DNA from: Phycisphaerae bacterium
Lineage (GTDB): Bacteria; Planctomycetota; Phycisphaerae; UBA1845; PWPN01
Length of the DNA: 64,000 nucleotides
NCBI GenBank assembly: GCA_012719955.1
Contig: JAAXZI010000165.1
Coordinates: forward strand, 8,611 to 72,610
Reading direction: 5' to 3'
The translations under genes and the position numbers were made by a program. Shown here one piece after another: positions 1 through 9,275 of this stretch. The notes beneath the pieces are model-generated. The model did not search any database, was not told where the DNA came from, and saw only the letters and a list, made by a program, of their open reading frames with translations. Within the stretch, counting starts at the first letter, position 1; the number at the start of each line of letters is the position of its first letter.

Positions 1-357
1 GGCGATTCGGAGGATGGCGATCTGGCCATCTCCAGCCTGTCCAAACATGTCACGCTGGACTTGAACATCGACCGCTGGTGTCGTCAGTTCGGTTATCAAG
101 GCGAGGAGTGCAAGAAGGCGACCAAACAGCGCAAGCTCGAAGGCACCAAGTTCCCCACCACCATCGTGGACATCTCGGGCACCTACCAGCCGGATTCGAT
201 GATGGGGCAGACCGGCCAGCCCAAGGAAGGCTATCGCATGCTGGCCGCGGAGCTCATTGCCCCGCAGAGGCGCTGGTACGCCAAGCTGGTGGGCCCCGAG
301 AAAACTGTGGCCAAGTGGGAAGAGGCCTTCATCAAATTCGTCAGCGAAGCAAAGTAG
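1..357 (+). CDS. hypothetical protein, C-terminal fragment (ORF open to the left window edge)
   Basis: Frame 1 is open from nt 1 (GDSEDGDLAISS...) to TAG at 355-357. GC-rich third positions. No motif recognised. Confidence 0.5.
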   Translation, partial: GDSEDGDLAISSLSKHVTLDLNIDRWCRQFGYQGEECKKATKQRKLEGTKFPTTIVDISGTYQPDSMMGQTGQPKEGYRMLAAELIAPQRRWYAKLVGPEKTVAKWEEAFIKFVSEAK

Positions 358-608
358 TGCTGAGGATGGCACATGCGAACGCCGCCCCCGGCAACGTCCC
401 ACCTCGCCTGGCCTGGAAAACCGCCTCTTGCCTGGAGGGTGTGAACCGCTCCGTCATCCGCGAGTCCGGCCCAGCCCCCCGCCCTCGCGGCGCTGTCGAG
501 CGCGAACTCATGCAGGTTTCGTTCCGGCCCAAGCGTTCCGGCCAGAGCTTCGCACCGCATGAACGGGTGGCGGTTGCACGGCCTCGCTTTTGCGCATAGG
601 GTTACGGC

Positions 609-2318
609 ATGAGCGAAAACAGTCCAACCCCGACGAACCCCTTGAGACGCGACCTGCCACCGTCGCTGGTGCCACGGCCATGCTGCGTGGTGCTGTTCGG
701 GGCCACGGGAGACCTGACCAAGCGCAAGCTCATTCCCGCGCTGTATAACCTGGCCCGCGAAGGATTTCTGCCGCCGGGATTCACGGTGGTGGGCGTGGCC
801 CGCCGGCCGTTCTCGGATGAGCAGTTCCGGGCGGACTGTCTGGCCGCGACGCAGGAGCACTCCCGGCATCAGCCGGTCTCGATGGAAGTGTGGCGGGATT
901 TTGCCGCCGGGCTGTTCTACCACGCGCTGCAATTTGACGACCACTCGGCGTACGCGGGGTTGCGCAAGCGGCTGGAAGAGCTGGACGCCGTGCGGATGAC
1001 GGGTGGGAACCGCCTCTATTATCTGGCAACGGATCCGACCTTTTTCGCGGTGATCGCCAAGGCGCTCAAGGAGGCGGGCATGGTCCAGCCGGTCAGCGGA
1101 TCGGAGCTCCATACCGCCGCCCCGCAGGCGCTCCCTGAGCCGGTTGAAGCCACAGCAGGCGGGCGCAATACCCCGCCCCCGTTTACACGTCTGGTGGTGG
1201 AGAAGCCCTTCGGGCACGACCTGGCCAGCGCGTGCGAGCTGACCCGGCAGCTCCATGCCGCTTTTGACGAGTCGCAGATCTTCCGTATCGATCACTACCT
1301 CGGCAAGGAAACGGTGCAGAACATCCTGGCCATGCGTTTCGCGAACGCGACCTTCGAGCCGCTATGGAATCGCCGGTACGTGGATCATGTGCAGATTACC
1401 GTGGCCGAGCGGGTGGGTATGGAGGGCCGGCGCGGGCAGTACTACGACACGGCCGGGGCCTCACGCGACATGGTCCAGAATCACATGATGCAGCTCCTGG
1501 CCCTGACGGCCATGGAGCCCCCAGTGGCGATGGACGCACAGTCCATCCGCGACGAAAAGGTGAAGGTCCTCAGGGCACTCGAGGGGCGAGAGACGAGGGG
1601 CGAGGGATGGGGGATGAGAAGACAAGGGGACAAGGAGACAAGGGGACAAGGGGAAAGCCGGATCCGTGGGCTATCCGCAACTCGAATGCCGGCCTATGTG
1701 CGCGGGCAGTATGGGCCGGGCTCGTTTGCGGGGCGGCCCCTGCCGGGCTATCGGCAGGAAGAAGGCGTGGACCCGAATTCCAATACCGAGACTTACCTGG
1801 CCCTGCGGCTGTACATTGACACGTGGCGGTGGTCGGGGGTGCCCTTCTACCTGCGGACCGGCAAGCGGTTGCCCAAGCGTGTGACCGAGATCGCGGTGCA
1901 ATTCAAGTCGCCGCCGATGGCCCTGTTTCGAGACGTGGAACAAATGCCCGAGGGCCGCAACCAGCTTGTGCTGCGCGTCCAGCCGGACGAGGGCATCTCG
2001 CTGTTTTTTGACGCCAAGGTGCCGGGGATGCGGATGCGGCTGGAGCAGGTCAGGATGGACTTCCGCTACGGCAGCAGCTTCGGCGGGGCTTCGCCGGAGG
2101 CCTACGAGCGGCTGCTGCTGGATGCCATGCTGGGCGATTCGACGCTGTTCATCCGGGCGGACGAGGTGGAGTACTCGTGGCGGTTCATAACCCCGTTGCT
2201 GGAGGAGTGGGCCGCCAGGCCGCCCTCGCAGTTCCCGAATTACGAAGCGGGGACCTGGGGGCCGGCGGAGGCGGATACCCTGTTTGAAGGCAGGAACGGC
2301 GGTTGGCGAAGAATTTAA
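609..2318 (+). CDS. zwf: glucose-6-phosphate 1-dehydrogenase carrying an extra ~27-aa internal segment
   Basis: N-terminal [11 protein letters not shown] dinucleotide-binding motif, RIDHYLGKE active-site motif, and [30 protein letters not shown] block typical of Zwf. Confidence 0.95.
   Translation: MSENSPTPTNPLRRDLPPSLVPRPCCVVLFGATGDLTKRKLIPALYNLAREGFLPPGFTVVGVARRPFSDEQFRADCLAATQEHSRHQPVSMEVWRDFAAGLFYHALQFDDHSAYAGLRKRLEELDAVRMTGGNRLYYLATDPTFFAVIAKALKEAGMVQPVSGSELHTAAPQALPEPVEATAGGRNTPPPFTRLVVEKPFGHDLASACELTRQLHAAFDESQIFRIDHYLGKETVQNILAMRFANATFEPLWNRRYVDHVQITVAERVGMEGRRGQYYDTAGASRDMVQNHMMQLLALTAMEPPVAMDAQSIRDEKVKVLRALEGRETRGEGWGMRRQGDKETRGQGESRIRGLSATRMPAYVRGQYGPGSFAGRPLPGYRQEEGVDPNSNTETYLALRLYIDTWRWSGVPFYLRTGKRLPKRVTEIAVQFKSPPMALFRDVEQMPEGRNQLVLRVQPDEGISLFFDAKVPGMRMRLEQVRMDFRYGSSFGGASPEAYERLLLDAMLGDSTLFIRADEVEYSWRFITPLLEEWAARPPSQFPNYEAGTWGPAEADTLFEGRNGGWRRI
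1581..1697 (+). repeat. purine-rich repeat block translated in-frame inside zwf ([39 protein letters not shown])
   Basis: 1621-1642 (GACAAGGGGACAAGGAGACAAG) is identical to the reverse complement of 59360-59381. 1592-1605 matches the reverse complement of 59344-59357 at 13/14 positions. Confidence 0.7.
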
Positions 2319-2360
2319 GGGTGTCCCTGCGGGAGCCGTAGAAAGGCAAACGAGATTGAA

Positions 2361-3488
2361 ATGAGCCAGACGACCCCGGACAGCCTGTTCTCCCCGGAAG
2401 GGACGGTGCTCACGGATCCCGCGGAGGTGGAGCGTGCGCTGGCCCGCATGTGGAAACTGGCGGGTGAGAAGGCCGCGGGTGAAACCACCACGAAAACGGC
2501 TTCGCGGGTGAGCGTGGCCAACCTGGTGGTGGTCGCCCCCGCCGCGCAGTGGGATCAGCTCCTGGAGCTGATGGCCGAGTTCTCTCCCATCTATCCCACG
2601 CGCAGCATCGTTCTGCTGATCACCGAGGAAGCGTCCGAGCCGCGCGAGATCACGGTCTCCGTCTCGGCCCTCTGCCATGTGCCGCAGGCTGACGCCCCCC
2701 AGGTATGCTGCGAACAGATCGTGCTGCGCGCCGGGCCGCGGCACGTTGAGACCCTCGACCGAACGCTGCTGCCGTTGCTGGAGTCGGATGTGTCGGTCAT
2801 GTGCTGGTGGCGGTACGCGCCTGACGCCTGGCCCACCCTGTCCACGGCGATCAAGCGGATGGCCCGCCGCTTCATCATCGACCATCCATCCGGCTTCAGA
2901 GGGCTCGAATCCACCGAATGTTGCGCGGTCCGCGCGTTGGGTTGGTATCGCACCGCCGATTTGCGCGAGCTGCTGGCCCAGATGTTCGACGGATCGGCTC
3001 CGGAGGTGCTGGAGTCCATCGAAGAGGTGGAGATTCACACCGGCAGCGGCGCCGAGCGCAGGGACGACGCGTTCTGGCTCATAGCCTTCCTGGCCGGTCA
3101 GCTTGGGTGGACGCCCGCCGGCGTCGAAACCATTACCGATGGAGCAGACGCGGAGCGCCATTTCGCGGCCACTTACCTGTTCCGGCTCGGGCAGCACACG
3201 ATCCGCGTGCATTTTGTGATGAGTCCGGAGACCGACTGTCGCCTGCGGCGCATCCGAATTGTGAGCGGCCCCAGCACGTTCACGCTCGAAAGTCATCCGG
3301 CACGCGAGAGCGAGCTGCGCATGGTTATTTGCAGCCGTGGCATCTGTCAGGCGCCCCGCAGCGTGCAGGCCCCGCCGATACGACCCAGCCAGGCCCTGGC
3401 CGATGCCATGGTCGGGCGGCAGGTGGATGCGGCCTTCGAGCGGGCCGCGCCCATCGCGGCCTGGCTCGTGAAGCCACAGAGTGAGTGA
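2361..3488 (+). CDS. opcA: OpcA-like glucose-6-phosphate dehydrogenase assembly protein
   Basis: Lies directly downstream of zwf. The N-terminal pattern AEVERALARMW...SRVSVANLVVVA resembles the OpcA signature (IE.EL..lW ... tRa..lNLVV). Confidence 0.6.
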   Translation: MSQTTPDSLFSPEGTVLTDPAEVERALARMWKLAGEKAAGETTTKTASRVSVANLVVVAPAAQWDQLLELMAEFSPIYPTRSIVLLITEEASEPREITVSVSALCHVPQADAPQVCCEQIVLRAGPRHVETLDRTLLPLLESDVSVMCWWRYAPDAWPTLSTAIKRMARRFIIDHPSGFRGLESTECCAVRALGWYRTADLRELLAQMFDGSAPEVLESIEEVEIHTGSGAERRDDAFWLIAFLAGQLGWTPAGVETITDGADAERHFAATYLFRLGQHTIRVHFVMSPETDCRLRRIRIVSGPSTFTLESHPARESELRMVICSRGICQAPRSVQAPPIRPSQALADAMVGRQVDAAFERAAPIAAWLVKPQSE

Positions 3489-3529
3489 TAGCCATAGAGG
3501 GCACGGAAGACACAGAGAGTTGGATACGG

Positions 3530-4573
3530 ATGGACACTGACGGACACAGCAGTATCAGTCGGCGCGAGTTCTGTCGGGTTGCGGTGACGGCCGGGGCCGC
3601 CGCGATGGTTGGGGCTGAAGCTTTCGCTGCGTCGGCGCGGGACGAGACGACGCGGCCAGCCGGACCGCTGGATGCCGGCACGATCCGTGAGCGGATGAAG
3701 GCCGCGGGCGGGCCGCGCGGGTGGCGGACAGCGGTGGGGCGCAACGGTTTTATGTCCTCCGAGCAGGTGCACAAGAAGCGCTATCCCATCTGGGAGGTGC
3801 TCGACTTCTGCCAAACAGAAGGGTTCGAGGGGGTGGAGCTGGTTCAGGGCTGGCCGATGGGCGCGTACCCCCCTGCCGCGGACGCCAGACGCGTGGCCGC
3901 CCTGCGCGGGCTTTACGAGCGATACCAGCTCAAGATCCACACCATCCAGTCGGCGCCGACCGGCCGGCCGTTTGCCGAAGAGGCCGGCGAGCGGGCCGAG
4001 TGGCTGCGCACCTTCCGCGAGCAGGTGAAGCTGGCCAAGGCGTTGGACTGCGATTTTGTGGGCACCTGGCCGGGAGGGGCGCTGGGCAAGCAATCGATTG
4101 ACCAGGCCATTGAACACTGTGCGGCCAGCTACCGGGAAGCGGCGCGGATGTGCGCCGATGAGGGGCTGTGGCTCTCGTTTGAGATCGAGCCGCCGTTTGT
4201 CTTCAACACGTTCGATCATCTCAAGCGGATTCTGGCGGCGGCCGACCATCCCGCGTGCAAGACCAATTACGACCCCAGTCATTTCGACCTCATGTCGGAC
4301 AAGTCCGGCCGGCCGGAGGTCATGCTCAAGGCCCTGGGCGTCGAGCACATCGGGCACGTCCACCTGACCGACACGGACGGCACGCTGTTCGGCGGCACCT
4401 CCCGGCACCTCGCGTGCGGGGAGGGCCACTGCGATATTCAGGCGTCGCTGCGGACCCTGTGGGAAGGCGGCTACCGGGGCTGGATCATGATCGACGCCTG
4501 GATGATCGAGGACGTTTACAATGCCTGCCGGAAGGGCAAGGCGGCGATCGAGCGGACGCTGCGGTCTGTTTGA
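3530..4573 (+). CDS. Tat-exported sugar phosphate isomerase/epimerase (xylose-isomerase-like TIM barrel)
   Basis: Twin-arginine signal SRREFCRVAVTAGAAAMVGAEAFA. GFEGVEL and HIGHVHLTDTDG motifs. I prefer the ATG at 3530 over the GTG at 3485 given in the ORF track. Confidence 0.8.
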   Translation: MDTDGHSSISRREFCRVAVTAGAAAMVGAEAFAASARDETTRPAGPLDAGTIRERMKAAGGPRGWRTAVGRNGFMSSEQVHKKRYPIWEVLDFCQTEGFEGVELVQGWPMGAYPPAADARRVAALRGLYERYQLKIHTIQSAPTGRPFAEEAGERAEWLRTFREQVKLAKALDCDFVGTWPGGALGKQSIDQAIEHCAASYREAARMCADEGLWLSFEIEPPFVFNTFDHLKRILAAADHPACKTNYDPSHFDLMSDKSGRPEVMLKALGVEHIGHVHLTDTDGTLFGGTSRHLACGEGHCDIQASLRTLWEGGYRGWIMIDAWMIEDVYNACRKGKAAIERTLRSV

Positions 4574-4592
4574 ATCACGAAAGCACGAGCTG

Positions 4593-5978
4593 ATGGCAGG
4601 ACGCGTTCTGAAACTGGCACTGGTCGGCGGCGGGATGTTCGGGCGGGACGTGGTGCTGCGCTGCCTGGCCGACGTGCAGCGATGTGGCATTGCCCCTTAC
4701 CTGGGCACGGCCGGTCTCGATCACCACGCCCGCGAGTTGGCCCACGTCGAATATGAGGTGGTGGCCATAGGGACACGGACGGCCCGCACCGCCGAGTCGT
4801 TGTCGGCGGAATATGCTCAGTGGGTGCCCGGCGCCCGGCCGGCGGCGTATTACGGGGAGGAGCCGTGGCTAGGCATACTTGAAGAACAACGGCCGGACGT
4901 GCTCTTTGTGGCCACGCCGGACCATCTGCACACCGCCCCCATCCTGGCGGCCATCGAGCGCGGGGTGCACGTGGTGACCGAGAAGCCGCTGACGCTCCGG
5001 CTGGACGAGGCCCGCACGATTGTCGAGCGGGCCAGGGCGGCGGGGGTAGTCGTGGCCCTGGACATGCACAAACGCTACGACTCTTTTCTGCGCAGCACTT
5101 TTCTGGACATAGTGCCGGAGCTGGGCGAGCTGCTGTATGCCCGGGCCGTGCTGGAGGAGCCGCTGGAGGTATCCACGAAGACATTCAAGTGGGCGGCCCG
5201 GAGCAACCCGTTCAGTTATGTGGGCATCCACTGGACGGACCTGTTTGCCCATTACCTGAAGGTCCGGCCGGTGTCACTGTTTGCGGTCGGGCAGAAGAAG
5301 CTGCTGGCGAACTGGCGCGACGAGGCCCACCCGGACGGGATCGACACGTTTGATGCCATGCAGGTGACCGTGCAGTACGACAACGGGATGAGCGTGCAGT
5401 ACGTGAACGCGTGGATCAACCCGGCGGACTTCGAGGGGCCGGTCAACCAGGAAATGGAGATCGTCGGCACGCGCGGGCGGGTGTTCGTGGACCAGCAGGA
5501 CCGCGGGCTGCGACTGACATTGACCGGGGGCGGGACGCGGACGCGGAATCCGCATTTTCAGGCGGAGGTGCCGCGGGCCGGTGTGGCCCCCACTCCTCGT
5601 GATGCGATACCGGGTCCTGTAAGGATGGCGCCAGATCCTGTAGCGGCCGGGCTCCGTACCGGCCGTTCTCCTCAAGGCTTCCCCACGAGTCCGGGAACAC
5701 CAGTGGCATGCAACAGCGCCTGCATTGGGTACTGCAAGGACTCATTGATAGCAGGCTTGGACGCGGCCTCACGCGTAGCGCTGGGCCTGGGTGATGCGGC
5801 CTCGCTGGCCGGGACGTATCCGGACGCGGCGTCACAGTTGAATTGCATCGCGATTCTGGAGGCGGCGGCACACGTGGCGGGGGCCAATCACGCGAGTTTG
5901 GCAGCCGGGCGGGCCGCAGCAACTGTTGCCTGTTTCACCAGAGCCGGCTTTGAGCTCTCCGGGAATGAACTTGAGTAA
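4593..5978 (+). CDS. Gfo/Idh/MocA-family oxidoreductase with a repeat-derived internal insertion
   Basis: N-terminal Rossmann pattern KLALVGGGMFGRDV, followed by VATPDHLHTAPILAAIERGVHVVTEKPL. The ATG at 4593 fits the family N-terminus. REP-A is translated as PVAAGLRTGRSPQ. Confidence 0.8.
   Translation: MAGRVLKLALVGGGMFGRDVVLRCLADVQRCGIAPYLGTAGLDHHARELAHVEYEVVAIGTRTARTAESLSAEYAQWVPGARPAAYYGEEPWLGILEEQRPDVLFVATPDHLHTAPILAAIERGVHVVTEKPLTLRLDEARTIVERARAAGVVVALDMHKRYDSFLRSTFLDIVPELGELLYARAVLEEPLEVSTKTFKWAARSNPFSYVGIHWTDLFAHYLKVRPVSLFAVGQKKLLANWRDEAHPDGIDTFDAMQVTVQYDNGMSVQYVNAWINPADFEGPVNQEMEIVGTRGRVFVDQQDRGLRLTLTGGGTRTRNPHFQAEVPRAGVAPTPRDAIPGPVRMAPDPVAAGLRTGRSPQGFPTSPGTPVACNSACIGYCKDSLIAGLDAASRVALGLGDAASLAGTYPDAASQLNCIAILEAAAHVAGANHASLAAGRAAATVACFTRAGFELSGNELE
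5637..5672 (+). repeat. REP-A copy 1 (CCTGTAGCGGCCGGGCTCCGTACCGGCCGTTCTCCT), intragenic
   Basis: Hairpin with stem CGGCCGG/CCGGCCG and 8-nt loop GCTCCGTA. Differs by one base from 6021-6056. Confidence 0.9.
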
Positions 5979-5980
5979 TC

Positions 5981-6125
5981 TCTCCCCCACTTCTGAAAAG
6001 GCGGGACACCCGGGTCAAATTCTGTAGCGGCCGGGCTCCGTACCGGCCGTTCTCCTCTGGAGTCTCCCTGCTCCCCATCGTCTACAAAGGGTCCCCCCAT
6101 CTCTGAAGAGGTCGGGCACCCGAGC
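5981..6125 (+). repeat. composite intergenic repeat block: ~35-bp imperfect direct repeats flanking REP-A copy 2 (6021-6056)
   Basis: 5981-6016 (TCTCCCCCACTTCTGAAAAGGCGGGACACCCGGGTC) compares with 6091-6125 (GTCCCCCCATCTCTGAAGAGGTCGGGCACCCGAGC). REP-A lies between them. Confidence 0.7.
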
Positions 6126-6194
6126 TTCTCACTTCTGACGAGCTGAGTACCCGAGGCGCGGGAATGCCCCCCTGCTTGGGTATGAATCACCCCG

Positions 6195-7487
6195 TTACTG
6201 GAAGTAATCCGGATACACCCGCGGGTGCGGCTTGCGGGCCTGGTAGGATTTGGCGAGGTCCAGGAAGATCTCAATGTCACGGTCCACGCTGGCGTTGACG
6301 CCGTCGAAGTAGCAGATGCGGATGGGCATGCCGGCGTGGTCCTCGCTGATGGCCGGGTAGACGGCCTCGGCGATGGTGCCGTTCATGCAGGTGAACGGGC
6401 TGATGTCGATCACGCCGTCGGCGCCGTGCTTCTGCATGAAGATGGACTGGCCGGCGCTGAGCACCATCTCGCCTAAGCACCCCTCCGGCGGCAGGTACGG
6501 CCGGGCGGCCTCCAGGACCTCGGTGATATCGTGGGCCTCCTCATAGCCCTTCAGGTCATTGACCAGCGGCGCGCGCAGACCTTCCGAATAGCGGCGCTGG
6601 AAACCGGCCTTGATCTTGAACAGCAGGTAGGCCAGGCTGAAACGTCCATGATCGTTGATGATCTGTCTGCCCTGGCCCCAGTTGCTGTACCAGACCCATT
6701 CGGAGAACTCCGACATCCAGCACTCGCCGCCCAGCCGCTCGATGGTGTTGAGGGTGTTCTGGTTGGCGAAGTCATTCAGCCGGCAGAAGATCTCCCCGAT
6801 GATGCCGATCAGCGGCCGGCCCTTGACGTAATTGGCGGGGATGGCCCGGAAACGGTCGCGCATCTGCTCGACCAGGCCGATCAACTCACAGAAGCGTTTC
6901 CCGACGCTGATGTCCTGGCGCTCGAGGACGGCCTCGAAGTCGTGCACGCACTGGCGGTAGACGGCCTCGGACTGGCCCGGGTTGATCTCGTAGGGCCGGG
7001 TCTTATAGAGAAACTTGGTGACCAGGTCGCCGCAGGTCACGCCCATCCACATGGTCCGCATCAGTTCCCCGGCGTGCTCGCGGATGCCGTCGTAGGAGTC
7101 GTCGGCGGAGGGCGAGAAGATCATCACGTCGCCGTAGCCGAGCTTCCGCAGCTCTTTCTTGAGATACACCGCGTACTGCCCGAACCGGCAGGGCCCGTTG
7201 GAACTGGCCATGAAGAAGGCGGTCTTGGCGGGATCGAAGTCCGGCTGGCGGCAGACCTTCAGGAAGTCGCCCAGGGTGATCTTGTGCGGCAGGCACTCCT
7301 CGCCGCTGGCGTGAAGCCCGCCCAGGACCAGCGTCTCCGGGTCGGAGTCGGGCGTGATGGTGGCGTCAATGCCGATTGAGCGGAATGCCGCGGCGATCAC
7401 CCGCCCGCCGGCATAGGCCATCTGGGGAATATACAATTTTCGGCCCGCAAGGCTCTGGCCGTTCGATAAAGCCTGGGCTTTCGCCAT
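6195..7487 (-). CDS. acyl-CoA dehydratase activase-related protein (DUF2229-like), stand-alone
   Basis: 430-aa ORF with GC-rich third positions. The blocks GEECLPHKITLGDF and SSNGPCRFGQY resemble the C-terminal module of CoA-enzyme activase proteins. Family assignment is from memory. Confidence 0.55.
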   Translation of the reverse strand: MAKAQALSNGQSLAGRKLYIPQMAYAGGRVIAAAFRSIGIDATITPDSDPETLVLGGLHASGEECLPHKITLGDFLKVCRQPDFDPAKTAFFMASSNGPCRFGQYAVYLKKELRKLGYGDVMIFSPSADDSYDGIREHAGELMRTMWMGVTCGDLVTKFLYKTRPYEINPGQSEAVYRQCVHDFEAVLERQDISVGKRFCELIGLVEQMRDRFRAIPANYVKGRPLIGIIGEIFCRLNDFANQNTLNTIERLGGECWMSEFSEWVWYSNWGQGRQIINDHGRFSLAYLLFKIKAGFQRRYSEGLRAPLVNDLKGYEEAHDITEVLEAARPYLPPEGCLGEMVLSAGQSIFMQKHGADGVIDISPFTCMNGTIAEAVYPAISEDHAGMPIRICYFDGVNASVDRDIEIFLDLAKSYQARKPHPRVYPDYFQ

Positions 7488-7643
7488 AATGACAATTCAA
7501 TCCTGGAGTTACGGCCCGCGTCTGCAGCTCCGCGGACGACTGATAAACACCATACCATGCCCGTACACTTTCGTTCAAGCGCTGCAATTTGCCGGCCAAG
7601 ACGGAAAAAGTCGCCTTCCGGACTAGCTTATTCGAAAACACCG

Positions 7644-7652
7644 TGGTATATT
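7644..7652 (+). promoter_or_regulatory. candidate extended -10 element TGGTATATT
   Basis: TGnTATAWT-type motif 85 nt upstream of the 7737 ATG. No convincing -35 element. Confidence 0.3.
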
Positions 7653-7736
7653 GTTTGCAACTTCACATCAAACCGTGCGGACGCGGACCACTCCTCTCAG
7701 TCTTGTCCGCTCCGACCCGAGAACGGAGAGCAGGTA

Positions 7737-7982
7737 ATGAGAATCAAATCGATTGGAGACCTGCCGGCGTTTCCGATGCCCGCACATCCGGGCGACCATA
7801 TCGATGAAATCATGGTGCGATCCGAGGACGGGATGAGCTACCGCCAATGGCTGGTCGCCCATCTGGCCAGCGGGCTGGCGGCCAACCCCCAGATAAACGC
7901 CACCCGCCTCGTGGACCTGGCCTTCCAACTCACCGACGAGATCATCGACCGATTGGAGATGTGCGAACATCCCGATAATTAG
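7737..7982 (+). CDS. small hypothetical protein (81 aa)
   Basis: ATG preceded by GGAGAG 7 nt upstream. GC-rich third positions. No recognisable domain. The longer 7557 start lacks an RBS. Confidence 0.5.
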   Translation: MRIKSIGDLPAFPMPAHPGDHIDEIMVRSEDGMSYRQWLVAHLASGLAANPQINATRLVDLAFQLTDEIIDRLEMCEHPDN

Positions 7983-8123
7983 TGCCGTTTCCAGTTGACT
8001 GCCACCCAGGGGTGGCCCCGCCAGGCCCGCTTCGGCAGAAGGCGGGCCGGCCGTCGGTTGTTTGCCAGGACGACGGGCCTCGTCGCGGCTCCCGGCCGGA
8101 GAAATGCCCTCACGGCCGAATAC

Positions 8124-8132
8124 TGGTATAAT
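8124..8132 (+). promoter_or_regulatory. candidate extended -10 element TGGTATAAT upstream of nagB
   Basis: Perfect TATAAT with a TG extension, 109 nt upstream of the nagB ATG. The -35 element is weak. Confidence 0.35.
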
Positions 8133-8240
8133 TGCCCCTCCGAAATGCAGGGTGCCCAAAGGACACAATGTGTTGTTTAGCGTAATGTGGTGATTCGAGG
8201 CGCGTGCATTTCTTTTCCCAGGATCCCTCGGAGAAGTTCC

Positions 8241-9041
8241 ATGGAAGTCATCATTGCCCAGAATGCGCAGGAAATAGCTGTCATCGCCGCCGACCTGATC
8301 GAGCGCCAGTTGCTGCATAAGCCCAACTCGGTGCTGGGGCTGGCCACCGGTTCGACGCCGGTGGGCACCTATCGGGAGTTGATCCGACGGCACAAGGAGA
8401 AGGGGCTCGACTTTTCCAAGGTGACCACCTTCAACCTGGACGAATACGTCGGTCTGCCCCCCACGCACAGTCAGAGCTACCGCTACTTCATGGAGGAGAA
8501 CCTGTTCAAGCATATCAACGTGCCCCCGGCCAACATCCACGTGCCGTATGGGCACGCTGATTCTGTGCTGGATTTTTGCGCCTGGTACGAGGAGGAGATC
8601 AAACGCGCCGGCGGCATCGACCTGCAGATCCTCGGCATCGGCCGCGACGGGCACATCGCCTTCAATGAACCGGGCTCGTCGCTGGGTTCGCGCACCCGGC
8701 TCAAGACCCTGACCGAGGAAACCATCAAGGACAACGCTCGCTTCTTCCAGAGTATGGATGAGGTGCCCCGCTTCGCCATCACCATGGGCGTGGGCACCAT
8801 TCTTGAAGCCCGCAAGATCCTCCTGCTGGCCAGCGGCGAGCAAAAAGCCCAGATCATCGCGGAAGCGATTGAAGGGCCGATCACCTCCCAGGTGACGGCC
8901 AGCGCCCTCCAACTGCACCGCGACGTGGTGGTCATCGTTGATGAGGCGGCCGGCGCCCGGCTCAAGCGAGCCGATTACTATCGTTGGGTTTACAATCAGA
9001 AGCGCCGGCTGATTCCGACGCTCCTGGGACAATCGAACTAA
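8241..9041 (+). CDS. nagB: glucosamine-6-phosphate deaminase
   Basis: The blocks VLGLATGSTPVGTY, FNLDEYVGLP and LGIGRDGHIAFNEPGSS are classic NagB motifs. ATG at 8241 with a GGAGAAG RBS. Confidence 0.93.
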   Translation: MEVIIAQNAQEIAVIAADLIERQLLHKPNSVLGLATGSTPVGTYRELIRRHKEKGLDFSKVTTFNLDEYVGLPPTHSQSYRYFMEENLFKHINVPPANIHVPYGHADSVLDFCAWYEEEIKRAGGIDLQILGIGRDGHIAFNEPGSSLGSRTRLKTLTEETIKDNARFFQSMDEVPRFAITMGVGTILEARKILLLASGEQKAQIIAEAIEGPITSQVTASALQLHRDVVVIVDEAAGARLKRADYYRWVYNQKRRLIPTLLGQSN

Positions 9042-9131
9042 TGCCGGTTCCGGTCCGGAAGTTTCGTGCTTCGGCTCATGAGGCGGGCAGAATACCCGCT
9101 CCCCCGGCAGCAGCAGGCGGCTGTTCCGGCG

Positions 9132-9150
9132 GGCGGGCGTCCTGCCCGCC
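9132..9150. repeat. REP-C copy (GGCGGGCGTCCTGCCCGCC); a degenerate copy lies at 9082-9101
   Basis: Palindrome GGCGGGC/GCCCGCC. The same core occurs at 39671-39689 and 55144-55162. Confidence 0.75.
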
Positions 9151-9275
9151 TGATTCGGCGCGAAACGGGTGGACTGGAAACGGCGTCAGCGGATGCCCGA
9201 TAGAGAATCAAGAGAAGTACCCGGGATGAAAAGCGCGTCGAGCGGCGCAGGCGTCACCGGGGACTGTTTTTTCCC

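Noticed and set aside
231-4690. Long minus-strand ORFs 231-1295 (354 aa), 1671-3296 (541 aa) and 3347-4690 (447 aa), antisense to zwf, opcA and the isomerase gene
   Set aside because: These are Arg/Pro/Gly/Ala-rich translations typical of stop-poor antisense frames in high-GC DNA. The opposite-strand frames carry unambiguous family motifs.
3485-8240. Longer N-terminal extensions suggested by the ORF track (3485, 4521, 7557 and 8187 starts)
   Set aside because: The extensions are Arg-rich, lack RBSs, overlap upstream genes or intergenic DNA, and precede internal ATGs that match family N-termini or signal peptides.
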